A stretch of 63,893 bases of DNA, filler included, from Octopus bimaculoides (lineage: Eukaryota): assembly GCF_001194135.2 (NCBI RefSeq). It is 7 parts of 6 records of this genome, joined end to end, with 100 filler letters (N's around TTAATTAATTAA, not from the genome) between each part and the next. Parts side by side here need not be neighbours in the genome. Positions count along the whole stretch, not along the records: positions 1 to 11,227 come from NC_068981.1; positions 11,328 to 15,797 come from NC_068996.1; 5 more parts are not named here. One strand, 5' to 3'. Shown in pieces: positions 1 through 13,140 of the stretch. Under the pieces are notes generated by a model. That model was not told the origin of the DNA. It did not search any database and saw nothing but the letters and a program-made list of their open reading frames with translations. The stretch's first letter is position 1. Each line of letters starts with the position of its first letter. The translations under genes were made by a program, and so were the position numbers.

Positions 1-800
1 GTAATTCGGGCTCAAAGAAGTTGTTTATCATCTCGATGTAACGCTCGGAGTTCACAGTAACGATATTTCCATTATCGTCTTCAAAAAAGTAAGGACCAAT
101 ACCAGACCGTCATTTTTGGGCTGTGCAGTGGTCTTTTGTGCAGTTCTCACGGATTTTCAAGAGCCTAATAAAGACAGTTCTGTTGATTCACCATGTTCTG
201 AGAAGAAAATGAGCTTCGTCACTCATTAACAAAATGAGGTTGTCATTTGCCTCCAGAATTGCTTCCATTTGACGAGCGAAGTTAAGCCACTGTGCATAGT
301 CCCATGGTTTCAACTGTTGCCCAATGACCAATTTGTACGGGTGGAAATGCAGGTCTTCATGCAAAATACGCCTTACCGATCGATTACCAATGGCAAGTTT
401 AGCGGAATGCTTCCGAACAGAACGATTCGGACTCCGTATCAAAGCTTGTCTGACGCGTTCCATATTTTCTGGGGTCCGTACCGTTCGTGGCGCTTCCACT
501 AGTCTCCTATTTATTAATGTATCTCGTGTACGAAGTGCATTCACCCAATGTAAGATTGTGTTATGGGTGGGAACAGTGAATGTTGAAGTGGCACTGAAAC
601 TCACGCTGAACTCCTGTGACAGACTCATTCTTCACGTTATTGTCGTAGGCAAACGAGTGACGTTCTAAGCGCCATGACATCAGCTGAAAAGAAAAAAATT
701 AAGACATCACGGACCGAATGGTACCTGTCGGACATATGTCCTTCCCTTTGGGGCTGAGTAATAGCCGTTTCAAAAACAACCGTCCTCTCTGTCCACCCTG
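1..800 (-). mobile_element. Decayed Tc1/mariner-superfamily DNA transposon, 5' half (HTH region to first catalytic Asp); continues past the window start
   Basis: Minus ORF 188-628 reads ...RTVRTPENMERVRQALIRSPNRSVRK...RRILHEDLHFHPYK...LMSDEAHF. After a frameshift, bases ~1-100 read GIGPYFFEDDNGNIVTVNSERYIEMINNFFEPEL. Terminus TA|CAGGGTGGACAG at 802-790 is a typical TIR start with TA target site. Confidence 0.85.
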
Positions 801-819
801 TATATGGAAGATTTAGTAA

Positions 820-1407
820 AAAGGAGTGAATGAATGAGAGAGTGAGTGAGCGAGTGAGTGGTTGACTGATTGTATGGGTAAAAGAAATTTACGAAAAAAG
901 GGAATTTCTATTGTATGAGTGAGTGAGGGTGTGAGTGAATGGAAATGTTCGTGTGTTCGAATGTTAGAGTGAAAGACTTCATTGGTGAAGGAAAGGAATA
1001 GTATTGACAAAATGGGTTGCGAAAAGATGAGTGAAATAAGGTAGCGAGTTCGGTAAAGAGAGAAGGAAATGAATGAAAAGCAACTGTAAAGAGAAAGGAA
1101 AAGCTAAGTGAGTGTAAGGGTGAGTGGAATAACTGTGGCTGAAAAATAGGGAGGGGGTGGAATGTGAGAATGAGAGAAAAGGAAGATAGTTCTGAGGAGA
1201 GATATAACACGATGAAGGAACGTAAGCATAAAAGAAGGGGATATGAAGGTAATGAAGAGATTGGTTAGATAGATAGGTAGATAGATAGCGAGAGAGAGAG
1301 AGAGGGGGAGTGTGGGAGGAGAGAGATAGAAATAGTGTGCAAAAATAATAAGGGTTGGTTCGAATAGCGATATGAAGAAAATATGATAGAACATGGCATG
1401 AAAGGAA

Positions 1408-1449
<42 letters not shown>

Positions 1450-1593
1450 GGAGAGGAAGAAAGAGGGCGAGAGATGACAGAGGTGGAGTTAAGCGGATGT
1501 AAGAGAGTGGGAGGACTAATGAGAGAAATGATGATGACGCTGGTGACGATACTCATGATGATGACGATGATGATGATAATATTTTTGCCGCTG

Positions 1594-1642
<49 letters not shown>

Positions 1643-1644
1643 AC

Positions 1645-1696
<52 letters not shown>

Positions 1697-2140
1697 CTTT
1701 CACGTGTAATCAGTAAAACCGCGCTTAAACGCTTCCAATGATGCAGACGACACTGTCAGATAGCCATTCCTGACATGACGCCTGGCGGATTAAGGTATGA
1801 TCAAGGTAAAGTAAATCCTATTTCACAGCGACGGTTCGGAATTGGAAGACAACAGAACAAGAACAAGCAAGAAGAAGAAGAAGAAGAAGAAGAAGAAGAA
1901 GAAGAAGAAGAAGAAGAAGAAGAAGAAGAAGAAGAAGAGCAAGAAGTAGTAAAAGAAGATGGAGGAGGAAAAAGAGAAGAAGAAGAAGAGTTAGAGAGAA
2001 TTCACGTGAATAAAGCGAAGAAGAAGAAAAAAAATCACAGCAAAAACATCGCAAAGTAACAAACATCATCAACAACAGTAGCTGCAGTGACAACAACAAC
2101 AAGAAGAACAATAACAGTAAGAAGAAGACAGAAAAGCACT
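820..2140. repeat. Low-complexity and microsatellite cluster: (GA)n, (GAT)n, (CTA)n, (TTA)n, (GAA)n
   Basis: Directly visible, e.g. (CTA)n ~1592-1641, (TTA)n ~1646-1696, (GAA)n ~1869-1937. Confidence 0.95.
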
Positions 2141-2621
2141 TCAAGTAGAGAATTCAGAACACGAGTAGTAAGTTTAAAAGGATGTTCTGTCATTATGGAG
2201 TGGTGGAGTGGAAGGAAAGAATAAATCTGAAATATCTAAGTAGGTGGGTATTCTGTCACACAGCCCTGCAGTTCATGGCAGATGGTGTAAGCCTGCGATC
2301 TGAAGCACTGTTCTAAACATGCCAGTTTCTTCTACGAATAATATACTTTTCACAGCTTTCGTGTGACTTTTAGCAACACAACGTCGCACAGCATTTCCTT
2401 CAAGCAAAACTTAACATACTCTGCCAATAGCCATAGATATGCGACTTTCGATTGTCAGAGTAGATACAGCGCAAACTCCATGATGGCGGGCGGAGTATGA
2501 AAGAAAAAAAAAGTGGGTGGCGATGGCGGTGGCGATGGTGGTTGTGGTGGTTGTGGTGGTGGTTTCGGTGATGGTGATGGTAGTGGTGGTAGGGGTAGTG
2601 GTGGCTGTTCTGGTAGTTGTA

Positions 2622-3604
2622 NNNNNNNNNNNNNNNNNNNNNNNNNNNNNNNNNNNNNNNNNNNNNNNNNNNNNNNNNNNNNNNNNNNNNNNNNNNNNNN
2701 NNNNNNNNNNNNNNNNNNNNNNNNNNNNNNNNNNNNNNNNNNNNNNNNNNNNNNNNNNNNNNNNNNNNNNNNNNNNNNNNNNNNNNNNNNNNNNNNNNNN
2801 NNNNNNNNNNNNNNNNNNNNNNNNNNNNNNNNNNNNNNNNNNNNNNNNNNNNNNNNNNNNNNNNNNNNNNNNNNNNNNNNNNNNNNNNNNNNNNNNNNNN
2901 NNNNNNNNNNNNNNNNNNNNNNNNNNNNNNNNNNNNNNNNNNNNNNNNNNNNNNNNNNNNNNNNNNNNNNNNNNNNNNNNNNNNNNNNNNNNNNNNNNNN
3001 NNNNNNNNNNNNNNNNNNNNNNNNNNNNNNNNNNNNNNNNNNNNNNNNNNNNNNNNNNNNNNNNNNNNNNNNNNNNNNNNNNNNNNNNNNNNNNNNNNNN
3101 NNNNNNNNNNNNNNNNNNNNNNNNNNNNNNNNNNNNNNNNNNNNNNNNNNNNNNNNNNNNNNNNNNNNNNNNNNNNNNNNNNNNNNNNNNNNNNNNNNNN
3201 NNNNNNNNNNNNNNNNNNNNNNNNNNNNNNNNNNNNNNNNNNNNNNNNNNNNNNNNNNNNNNNNNNNNNNNNNNNNNNNNNNNNNNNNNNNNNNNNNNNN
3301 NNNNNNNNNNNNNNNNNNNNNNNNNNNNNNNNNNNNNNNNNNNNNNNNNNNNNNNNNNNNNNNNNNNNNNNNNNNNNNNNNNNNNNNNNNNNNNNNNNNN
3401 NNNNNNNNNNNNNNNNNNNNNNNNNNNNNNNNNNNNNNNNNNNNNNNNNNNNNNNNNNNNNNNNNNNNNNNNNNNNNNNNNNNNNNNNNNNNNNNNNNNN
3501 NNNNNNNNNNNNNNNNNNNNNNNNNNNNNNNNNNNNNNNNNNNNNNNNNNNNNNNNNNNNNNNNNNNNNNNNNNNNNNNNNNNNNNNNNNNNNNNNNNNN
3601 NNNN
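2622..3604. other. Assembly gap. Other large gaps: 4345-4664, 12521-12791, 29483-29953, 34181-34519, 53357-53722, 54383-55180, 56091-56793
   Basis: Runs of N, mostly bordered by microsatellites. Confidence 1.
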
Positions 3605-3979
3605 GGGGCGGAGGGTGTACTTATGATGTAAAATAGCAATCACGTTTTATTTTGTTAAAGTAGTTTTCAAGCTAAAATGTTAAAAGATTTCAACTTGCAT
3701 TGCCTCTCCCTCGCCCTCCCCTTTCTACTTACCTCCCACTTCCATGCTTTTCATTCATCGTATTTATCTACATAACCACTTATATTTCTCCCTCTCTTTC
3801 TCTCTCGCTACCCTTCTTATTTGTCATCTTCTTCTACCATACATACATTGTCGCTGTCGTTATCGTCAATGTCGTCGTCCTCTTCATACTTTCAATTTAT
3901 TGATTCATCTTGCGGAATCTCTGAATTTCCATTTGTTCGACAAGAAACAAATACACAACACTTCTGGGTTTTTGGTTTC

Positions 3980-4010
<31 letters not shown>

Positions 4011-4016
4011 CATACA

Positions 4017-4049
<33 letters not shown>

Positions 4050-4187
4050 GTGTGCGTGTTTGGTTTGTATGCATCTATGTGTTTGTTGTGTGTATGAGTG
4101 AGTGGGTAAGTGTGTACATAGGTATTAGAATAAATATATGCATTTATGAACACAGTTACTTTTATGCAAAATATATGTATGCACATA

Positions 4188-4229
<42 letters not shown>

Positions 4230-4900
4230 TGTGTGTGTATTTTAAAGAATGTGTTTGCATGAACAAGGCAAGAAGCAAAGATAGACAAACTGAGAAACAT
4301 ATTTATATATCAGTATCTATGGATACATGTATATTAATATATGTNNNNNNNNNNNNNNNNNNNNNNNNNNNNNNNNNNNNNNNNNNNNNNNNNNNNNNNN
4401 NNNNNNNNNNNNNNNNNNNNNNNNNNNNNNNNNNNNNNNNNNNNNNNNNNNNNNNNNNNNNNNNNNNNNNNNNNNNNNNNNNNNNNNNNNNNNNNNNNNN
4501 NNNNNNNNNNNNNNNNNNNNNNNNNNNNNNNNNNNNNNNNNNNNNNNNNNNNNNNNNNNNNNNNNNNNNNNNNNNNNNNNNNNNNNNNNNNNNNNNNNNN
4601 NNNNNNNNNNNNNNNNNNNNNNNNNNNNNNNNNNNNNNNNNNNNNNNNNNNNNNNNNNNNNNNNGCACAGACATACGTAGATATTAATGTATAAATATAA
4701 AGAGTGAGAGAGACAGAAAGAGAGAGGTGAGAGAGGGAGTGAGAATGAAACTATACAGATAGTCATCTATAAGTATAATAAATATATACAAACATTGTTG
4801 TATTTTCCTATGTATAAGTGTGCATTCATACATATATTTATATATGTATATATATATTTTATATATGTGTGTATGTATATATGTATATATATGTGTGTGA

Positions 4901-4990
<90 letters not shown>

Positions 4991-5110
4991 GTGTGTGTAT
5001 ACACATACATCCGTATAAGTATATCCGTATAAAAATATTATTACATGCATATATGCCAATGCGCGCGCATGTCAATGTGTGTGTGTGTGTGTGTGTGTGT
5101 ATTTGTGCGT
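3980..5110. repeat. (TACA)n, (TG)n and (TA)n microsatellite block
   Basis: Directly visible tandem repeats. Confidence 0.95.
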
Positions 5111-5914
5111 GCGCGTTAATTCTGATATTAAATGTAATAGAAAAATATCAAAACAAAACGAACAACAAACAAAAAAAAAAAAGAAACAGTCACAAACCTG
5201 TTTGACATTAGTAGCCAAGAGAGGAGATACATTTATTTGGAAAAGAGCAAATATGCTTTGCATTGCATATACCCTTCAATTTTACAGAAATATATGCATG
5301 ATATTTCATATTAAATGCCAAAGGCTCAGTGTAACTTAAAACAAATACGATTCTCTCTCTCTTCATATATTTTATACATTTTTCCCATCTTCTTTTAATC
5401 ACAATACTTCTCAATCGTTTTCTCGGTCTCTTATCAATTGCATACATGCAGGCATTCATTCATACGCACATGCATGCACACACAATACATACATATATCC
5501 ATAACATACCTATATATGTGTGAGTGTGTATACACACACACATATATATATATATGCATCTATGTGCATGCATATATGTGTTTACACATGCTAATACGTA
5601 TATTATGCGTATGTGTGCGTATGTATGTTTGTATGTATATACAATTTTTCTGGTTTTTCTTTTCTCTAGTTTCTTATGCTTTTATTTCTGTATGATTTCC
5701 TTACATCCAGATTTTTTGAGGGGAGAGCTGAAAGTAATTTGACTAAATCCATCATCAATTTTACCAGTTCTTCATAGTCACACCTTATGGATGTTGATCT
5801 TTGTTTTTCGCTCTATTTACTACTGAAAACCAACGTGCCTGGTGCAGAAATTATCACCGGAATTTCAATTTCAATCGTTAGACGAATATATTGTTAGCCA
5901 GGTGTTCATTTTAA

Positions 5915-6205
5915 CCCATTACCTCCCATAATTCTATTAACTGGAATTTTTTTTATGAAACTTTGATTTCTAACATAAAACAACCTTAGAAACACGCTGG
6001 AATGATCAAAATAACATTTCAAAATAACATTTTAAATAGAAATAAGCGAGATATTGGGGGAAAAATTAGAAAACCTCATTTGAATATCAGAGAAATACAC
6101 CTAGTAGATATAACAAAAAGGTTAGATATGTGTAAATATTGACAGATAATTACGAAATTTGTAATTTTTAAATGATCTCATATGAGATCACTGGTAGGTA
6201 ATGAG
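5915..6205. mobile_element. piggyBac-like MITE
   Basis: TTAA at 5911-5914 and 6206-6209. Imperfect TIRs CCCATTACCTCCC / GGTAGGTAATGAG (11 of 13 complementary). Confidence 0.7.
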
Positions 6206-6330
6206 TTAAATTGAGAATAGTGTATGTGGTCTTCTTTTTTTGAATTGTGTTATGAGTATTGTTTCCATTATTAGTTGTTTATGGCTGTATTTTCTTCTCT
6301 GTTGTACGATATATTTTTTTATACATAATT

Positions 6331-6693
6331 TTATTACCTCCGTCTTAGAGAAGGCGGAGGTATTGTTTTCAGTCGTGTTTGTTTGTTTGTCTGTGGACAA
6401 GATATCGCGAGAAACGCTGCATAGATTCAGATGAAACTTTCAGTGATGTTTGGCCTCGTGACTGGCACGAACTGATTAGATTTTGAGATCAATCCGGTGC
6501 CGGACGAGGATTCTGGATTATTTTTCCTGTTTTTGTACTTAACTTTCTGAGCAGTTGGGTTCATTTTTAGTATTCTCGTTTGCGAGATTAGTTGAGTTTA
6601 TTTCAGATATTCTCATTTTAAAAGTCATCTCCGTCTAATCGTTGAGAGGACGTTGGTGTTGCCTTGGCGGAGGTTTGTGCTCTCTGAGTGCTC

Positions 6694-6695
<2 letters not shown>
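6331..6695 (+). mobile_element. Helentron/DINE-1-like non-autonomous element (HINE architecture)
   Basis: 5' sub-terminal ATTACCTCCGTC with adjacent inverted partner GGCGGAGGT (6333-6361), internal (TTTG)n core, 3' GGCGGAGGT (6666-6674) followed by short hairpin GTGCTC-TCT-GAGTGC, inserted in T-rich sequence. Confidence 0.65.
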
Positions 6696-6742
<47 letters not shown>

Positions 6743-9019
6743 GTGTTCATCTATTTTATGGCAGTTTGTATTTGATTCACGCAACATATTTTACGTGCTT
6801 TTCGTATGTAGAGGTGCAGTGTTTGATGTAATTGTTGCATTTTATTTCCTCTTATATTGCTCTTAGTTTTGTAAGATGATCAGTGCAGGAAAATAAATCC
6901 CTATATATTTCCATTAAATGTCTTCACTTGGTTGATACTAAGAGGGAAACGTTGTTCAATAATATTACATTACTTTAATGAAAATACTTGTTATTTTCAA
7001 AACAACTACAAGAAGTTGTTCTCCATACATACAGATATAAAACTTCTGGTTAAAACTGCAAGAAAAAAAAAAAAGAAAAACGAACAAAAGACGAAAAATG
7101 TATGACAGAATTCCGGAAGACACTCAACAAATGATGAATTTTCGCAGTAACTTAGGATATATAAAACGTACAAGCTGAAATTCTACAGTTAAAGATACCG
7201 ATAAATCACTAAGAAACGTTTATATAATAATATACATCCACAGCTCTTGATAATATACAGACATCTTTTTCATAATGTGTTAGACTCTGCAATATATTAA
7301 ACCTGACATACTGTACAAAGGAAAAATCACTTTATCTATACAACTTTTTCTTCAAACATACGATCAACTCAGATTAAAGCATGCCACACAATTTCGGTAC
7401 TACTGATCATATCCAATTGAATTTTGATCAAACTAGAACAAAATTTTTGCATCAAACTACCCTATAAGGCTTTGTAAAATCTTAGAGTTACAAACATAGA
7501 CGAATAACTTTAAGACTTACTGTAAGATAAATGCCTATAAAAACAGATATCCACACAACAATGAAAAATTATTTAGTACGAAACTTAAACACGTATGGAA
7601 TCATTAAACACATAACAGTAATAAAATATAGGAACGTGAGAAACGTAATTTATTCGTAATCATAAAGATGAGTATATTGTAGAAATTAACAATCTGCACG
7701 CTGAAAACGAATTTATAAGGATTCAGAAAGATAACATCAAACAGTTTAAACTTGATAAAGGTTTTACAGTGATAAACTCACAAACACCTCTTACACCACA
7801 CTAAAGAAGAATTCCTTATAGCACTGGAATAATGAAAATCCATCGGTGAGATAGTTATTCAATGAGGACATAGATATCTTAGAAGATGCCAACGATGCAG
7901 ACATTTCACTCTTAGAGGCAGGAAGGTTGTTTACCGACGATCCAGTAGCATTTTTTTTTACCGACGATCCAGTGGCAGGAATACGTATTGAATAATATAT
8001 ACAAACACCCAAGAAGAAAATCACCGATGATAGAAAATATATTGAAGCAATCATTAGTATTCGCTACAAAAAAAAAAAGCACTCATTCACAGTATACATG
8101 GTAATATATAATTATATTAGGTATAAAAAATAACTGAATATCCATGTGTTTCATGCAACAAATGCATCAGATACCCAATCGATTACAATACAGCAAACCA
8201 CACGTAAATTATACGCACCAAATGCCTACATAAAAGACATGAACACATCATAAAGACATAAACAGAAGAGAAAATGCGTTACCCTAATAGAAAAATTAAC
8301 ACTAACATGTAATGTTTTAATCGGAGTGATGTCCTCATTTTGGTTGAGGATACCACTGCAATTACTACATAATATAAAATTCCTCATCTAAGAAAAAAAA
8401 AAACAGAATTGCGCTAATAATATACTACAAAAACATTAAAATGAAAACCCTTAGCACCTTGCCAAAGTGCTGTGAGTTGATAACAGTTGAAAATTGTTGG
8501 CATCCGACATCCAGGATTACATTTTCCAGGTTGCTCAAGCCTATTTAAATTGTTAAGAAACTAGGTTATAATCTGGATATTTGTCCACTCTCTTCACTGG
8601 ATCAGAGCAAGTAAACTCGCAGGTGATGATTTGTTGATGATTTTATCGATGTCACAATGATTAAGAATTTCATAGGGTATAGATATGTGTAGTCGGATGA
8701 GTAAAGCCTGTTGCATTAATGGTGTTTTTATTATCAACCCGCGAGCAATGATATGTAATGTCAACTTTTCGAATTTGAACTCAAAACTCGAAAGGTAAGC
8801 CACAAAATACAGAAACTCATTTAGCTTGGAGACCTAAATGCTTCTGCGTTTCTTCCAGTTTTGTAAATAAGACAACACTAGTTTCAAACGGTGGTTGGGT
8901 GCGACAAAGACATACACACACACATGTACACGCACGCGCGCACACACAGACACATATATACACACGCACATATACTTGGCTACAATCTCCGTCCAGCAAA
9001 TCCTCTCACAATGCATTGG

Positions 9020-9135
9020 TCGGTCCGGGGCTATGATAAAATAGAAGATACTTGCTCAAGGTGCCACGCAGTGGAACCGAACCCGAAACGACGTGGCCGC
9101 AAAGTAAGCTTCTTAGCCACGCAGCCGAGCCTGAA
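9020..9135 (-). mobile_element. tRNA-derived SINE fragment. Related copies ~9612-9780, ~28260-28390, ~33690-33840, ~36320-36460, ~45100-45250 (all -) and ~63255-63400 (+)
   Basis: Shared motif CAAGGTGCCACGCAGTGG...GAACC...GCAAGCTTCTT recurring at these positions. Confidence 0.7.
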
Positions 9136-11145
9136 TCTCATTTTGAAAATACCTGCTTTCAAAAGAATATCTCAGTTTATTTCGTAACAGGACAAATAAA
9201 ATCTAACAATTTTCACACACGGTTTGAACTCCAGGCATCAGTAGCACAATAGTTCAGATCTATAAGTGGTGTCATGCCCCGTGTCAACAATTTCATAATC
9301 AAACGTTTCATAATCAACGCTACGTCCATTATAATACAACTAACAGGAATATTATATGCAAAAACCAACTTAAACGAATCTTTCGTTTAAAATACAATTT
9401 GAACGAAGTTTTAGGTTAAAATAATAGATAGAAGTAGCACATATCTAAACGATGCAATAGTTTAAACTAGAAGATTTTAGACTACAACATTTATTTGAAA
9501 GAAGTCTCGTGAAATTATCGCGAAAAGTAAAAGAAGTTACGGGGACGTCAACACACCAACATCGGTTGTCAACAGACACACAGTTACACGCACATACATT
9601 AATCTTTGTACGACAGGCTTCTCTTAGTTTCCGTCAGCGAAATCCACTGACAAGTGTTTGGTTGGCCCGAAGCTATAGCAGAAGACGCTTGCGCAAGGTA
9701 CTATACAATAGGACTGAACCCAGGACCATGTGATTGGTATGCAAGCTTCTTACGACAACCACACAACCACGACCGCGCTTGTATCAAGCGATTATTATTT
9801 CTGCTTGCTTGTCTTGGTTAATGTATATATAGACAGGTTTTTTACGTTTGTCTATGCATCCAGACACGTGTATAAACGAATGTTTGGAACGTTCCATTGT
9901 CATAGCTATGACCGATCAGAGTTGATCTGGTGTTTGAAAAAAAACAACAAAAAAAACAGTAGCAACAACATCAACAAACGCTATCAATTAGTACCAAGCT
10001 CTTAGATAATTAATAAAGAATTTGCTTTTACCTTTTAAATTTAAAATACGGCTTAGTTAGAATTAAAAGGGCAGTGATCATGATTTCAATGTCGGATCTC
10101 TGGCCTCTGGCGCTGGTGTGAGGCGAGGAATCAGGAGGAGAAGGAAATCAGAGAGAGAGAGTGGGGGGCTTAGGCAGATAGTGAAGGAAAAGATTTTGGA
10201 CCGAAGGCTTGCAAGAGCAGACTGAACACGGCTGAAGGCATCAAAGGGTCATGTCGTGTAGGTGGTGTTAAACAGGGTGACGGATTGAGTCTACTATACA
10301 AATTCAATAATGAACATTATAAAAATAACCCATCCTTTCACTACAACAAACCGTCAATCAGTCCCACGGAAAATAAATAAAAAGCAAAACAAAACAGCAA
10401 AAAATAAAGAACGTGACAAATAATAAAAAACAATAAAAGACGCGCCCTGCACAACGCAGCCCTGCTTACCTTACCTTACATAGCTATGTAGGGTCAGCTG
10501 TGTCTATGTGTGTGTGTGTGCGTGTGTGTGTGTGTGTGTCTTTTCGAACAGATTGTCTTCAAACAGTTCTCAATCGGTGTAAACAGTAAGCAAAGTAAAG
10601 CTAATGTTTATCAAACGAATTTTTCATTTCTTCACAATGGGAGGTCTTATTTAATGCTACGTTTGTTAGACAATTAATTAAGCTTGTTCCATTTACATGC
10701 ACGCGATTAGTACACACATCTAGTTACCACTCATCTTATTAATTATGCCATTCGTTCTCGTTTTCTTTTTTCTTCTTTCTAATTCAATTATTTACATCAT
10801 TCATAATTGGCTTTCCTCAACTTCCGAAGGGAAAACAAACCGCGATATGTGTGTATGTGTGCGTATATATATATACATTTTCTCCAGCACATAAACACAC
10901 ATATGTTCAACCTCTCTCTTTTCTTTGTCTTTCTCTCTTCCCCCTCACTTTGTGTCCTTCTCACTCTTCACACACCCTCACTCTTTCCATCTCTTTATCT
11001 TCCTCGGAAATTCAAAATTCGCTAATTATATTTTCAAGGACTTAAGTATTTATTATACATAAAAAAAACATACCTCCATCCATACATACTAATATACAAA
11101 CGCGGTACATGCATACACATAGATGTGTGTGTATATAAATACACA

Positions 11146-11211
<66 letters not shown>

Positions 11212-11327
11212 CATATGTATATATATANNNNNNNNNNNNNNNNNNNNNNNNNNNNNNNNNNNNNNNNNNNNTTAATTAATTAANNNNNNNNNNNNNNNNN
11301 NNNNNNNNNNNNNNNNNNNNNNNNNNN

Positions 11328-11876
11328 CGGGGAAAGTTTGAGAGGCAGCAACTTCCCCACGGTCGTTTCCCTGGTCGCAATCACGGGCGATGTGCCCAGC
11401 CTTTCTGCATCGATAGCAGACGGGCCCCGATTCGGCGCATTCCCTCGCCATGTGCGGCCCCTGACATTTGAAACACCGGCCCGAGAACGGCCGCTGTCGT
11501 TGCTCGGTAGGTTTCCTCACGCCGTTCTCAGGCTGTCGTCTGTCGGAACGCGCCTCTGTCGCCGCCATCGCTATCGGCTTCCGTCCGACGTGCTGTGTCA
11601 ACACGCGAGCTTGCGCTACTAGCTCGCTGAGCGCCATCTTTCTCCCGATCAGCCGTAATGGATATATAATACTATATATTTCGGATAATATACCCACTCT
11701 ATTGACAGATATACGAGTGCATCTTTTCCCTGACTTATGGTCTCTTAGACGACTCACGCACGCACGTACACGCTTCCACAAAACGTAGAGTGTATTGCAA
11801 TAGGTCCTCCGCAGCTTGTGCCATATAGCTACGCTCACCAGCGTTGCGCTCTACATAGTCATCAAAGATTATAACA
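11328..11876 (-). mobile_element. Ty3/gypsy-like LTR retrotransposon remnant: probable LTR plus gag C-terminus with two CCHC-type knuckles
   Basis: Minus ORF contains RCFKCQGPHMAREC and CYRCRKAGHIARDC. Upstream segment begins TGTTAT at 11876. Truncated by a gap. Confidence 0.75.
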
Positions 11877-12139
11877 TTACTTTATACATGCTTTACAAAT
11901 GGATTTGGAATATTACGACCTGGGATATTCGACAAAGAATATTCCACCACTACCTAACGAACTCTATACAAGGTTGCTGCTGGAGAAAATAATCGAGTTG
12001 ATTAGGCGGATGAGATGGAAAGCTTTTTACTTTGACCAGCCCAAACCACCAACGGAAATTGAACATTTTGGGCTTAAATCCAAGAAGTTTCCACCCAAGA
12101 TCAAGGAACTGGAGGCCTTCGAAAATGACCTGTTGAACA

Positions 12140-12520
12140 TGTAGTGACGTCATATTGGCGCCAAAAGGCAGGCGCCATTACTGAATCCTTAACCACGCAT
12201 GCGTGGGTTTCAACATCGAAGCGTTCCCGCTATTATTCGGTCTCTTACCAAGGCAGACAGCGACCAAGCAAGACGTCTAAGCAAGCTCTCCCATTTGAGT
12301 GTGGTTGAACCAAGTTGTCTCTATAACGACACCAGCTCGAAGAACCGTACATCTACATTTCAGGCTACTCTAAAACCGGACAATTAGAAGCTGTTTACCT
12401 TTTCCACCGAACAATAAATATTTGTTGTTGTTGATCAGTTTGGAGTTTCTGCGTTCAGTTCTCTTCCAATTTAATGTAGGAGAGTTAGGTGTATATCTAA
12501 AGATATATAACCCACTCTCC
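12140..12520 (+). mobile_element. Probable solo LTR inserted into the Penelope-like ORF
   Basis: Breaks the PLE frame at a TGT start (12140), CpG-rich, with AATAAA at ~12413. The 3' end is lost in a gap. Confidence 0.5.
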
Positions 12521-12791
12521 NNNNNNNNNNNNNNNNNNNNNNNNNNNNNNNNNNNNNNNNNNNNNNNNNNNNNNNNNNNNNNNNNNNNNNNNNNNNNNNN
12601 NNNNNNNNNNNNNNNNNNNNNNNNNNNNNNNNNNNNNNNNNNNNNNNNNNNNNNNNNNNNNNNNNNNNNNNNNNNNNNNNNNNNNNNNNNNNNNNNNNNN
12701 NNNNNNNNNNNNNNNNNNNNNNNNNNNNNNNNNNNNNNNNNNNNNNNNNNNNNNNNNNNNNNNNNNNNNNNNNNNNNNNNNNNNNNNNNNN

Positions 12792-13140
12792 TTCTGAGTT
12801 CAAATTCCGCCGAGGTCGAATTTGCCTTTCATCCTTTCGGGGTCGATAAATTAAGTACCAGTTACGCACTGGGGTCGATATAATCGACTTAATCCGTTTG
12901 TCTGTCCTTGTTTGTCCCCTCTGTGTGTAGCCCCTTGTGGGCAGTAAAGAAATAGGTATTTCGTCTGCCGTTACATTCTAAGTTCAAATTCCGCCGAGGT
13001 CGACTTTGCCTTTCATCCTTTCGGGGTCGATAAATTAAGTACCAGTTTCGCACTGGAGTCGATGTAATTGACTTAATCCCTTTGTCTGTCCTTGTTTGTC
13101 CTCTCTATGTTTAGCCCCTTGTGGGTAATAAAGAAATAAG
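12792..13140 (+). mobile_element. Two tandem OK-like SINE copies inside the Penelope-like element
   Basis: Two copies of GTTCAAATTCCGCCGAGGTCGA..TTTGCCTTTCATCCTTTCGGGGTCGATAAATTAAGTACCAG, each ending CCCCTTGTGGG..AAAGAAATA. Confidence 0.85.

Noticed and set aside
2411-3643. Long ORFs (280-410 aa) here and at 53-57 kb
   Set aside because: Artefacts of translating through N gaps.
3700-5750. Many YI/HT/CV-repeat ORFs
   Set aside because: Translations of TA, CA and TACA microsatellites.
8676-8794. AG/GT-bounded open plus-strand segment (GIDMCSRMSKACCING...)
   Set aside because: No partner exons or recognisable homology; plausible by chance in 64 kb.
11272-11283. TTAATTAATTAA flanked by ~45-50 N on each side, recurring at 15842, 44817, 51332, 57649 and 62466
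   Set aside because: An identical 12-mer with stops in all six frames embedded in Ns is a scaffolding spacer, not biological.
12160-12178. TGGCGCC resembling a tRNA-Lys primer binding site
   Set aside because: Match ends after 7 nt and lies inside, not after, the putative LTR.
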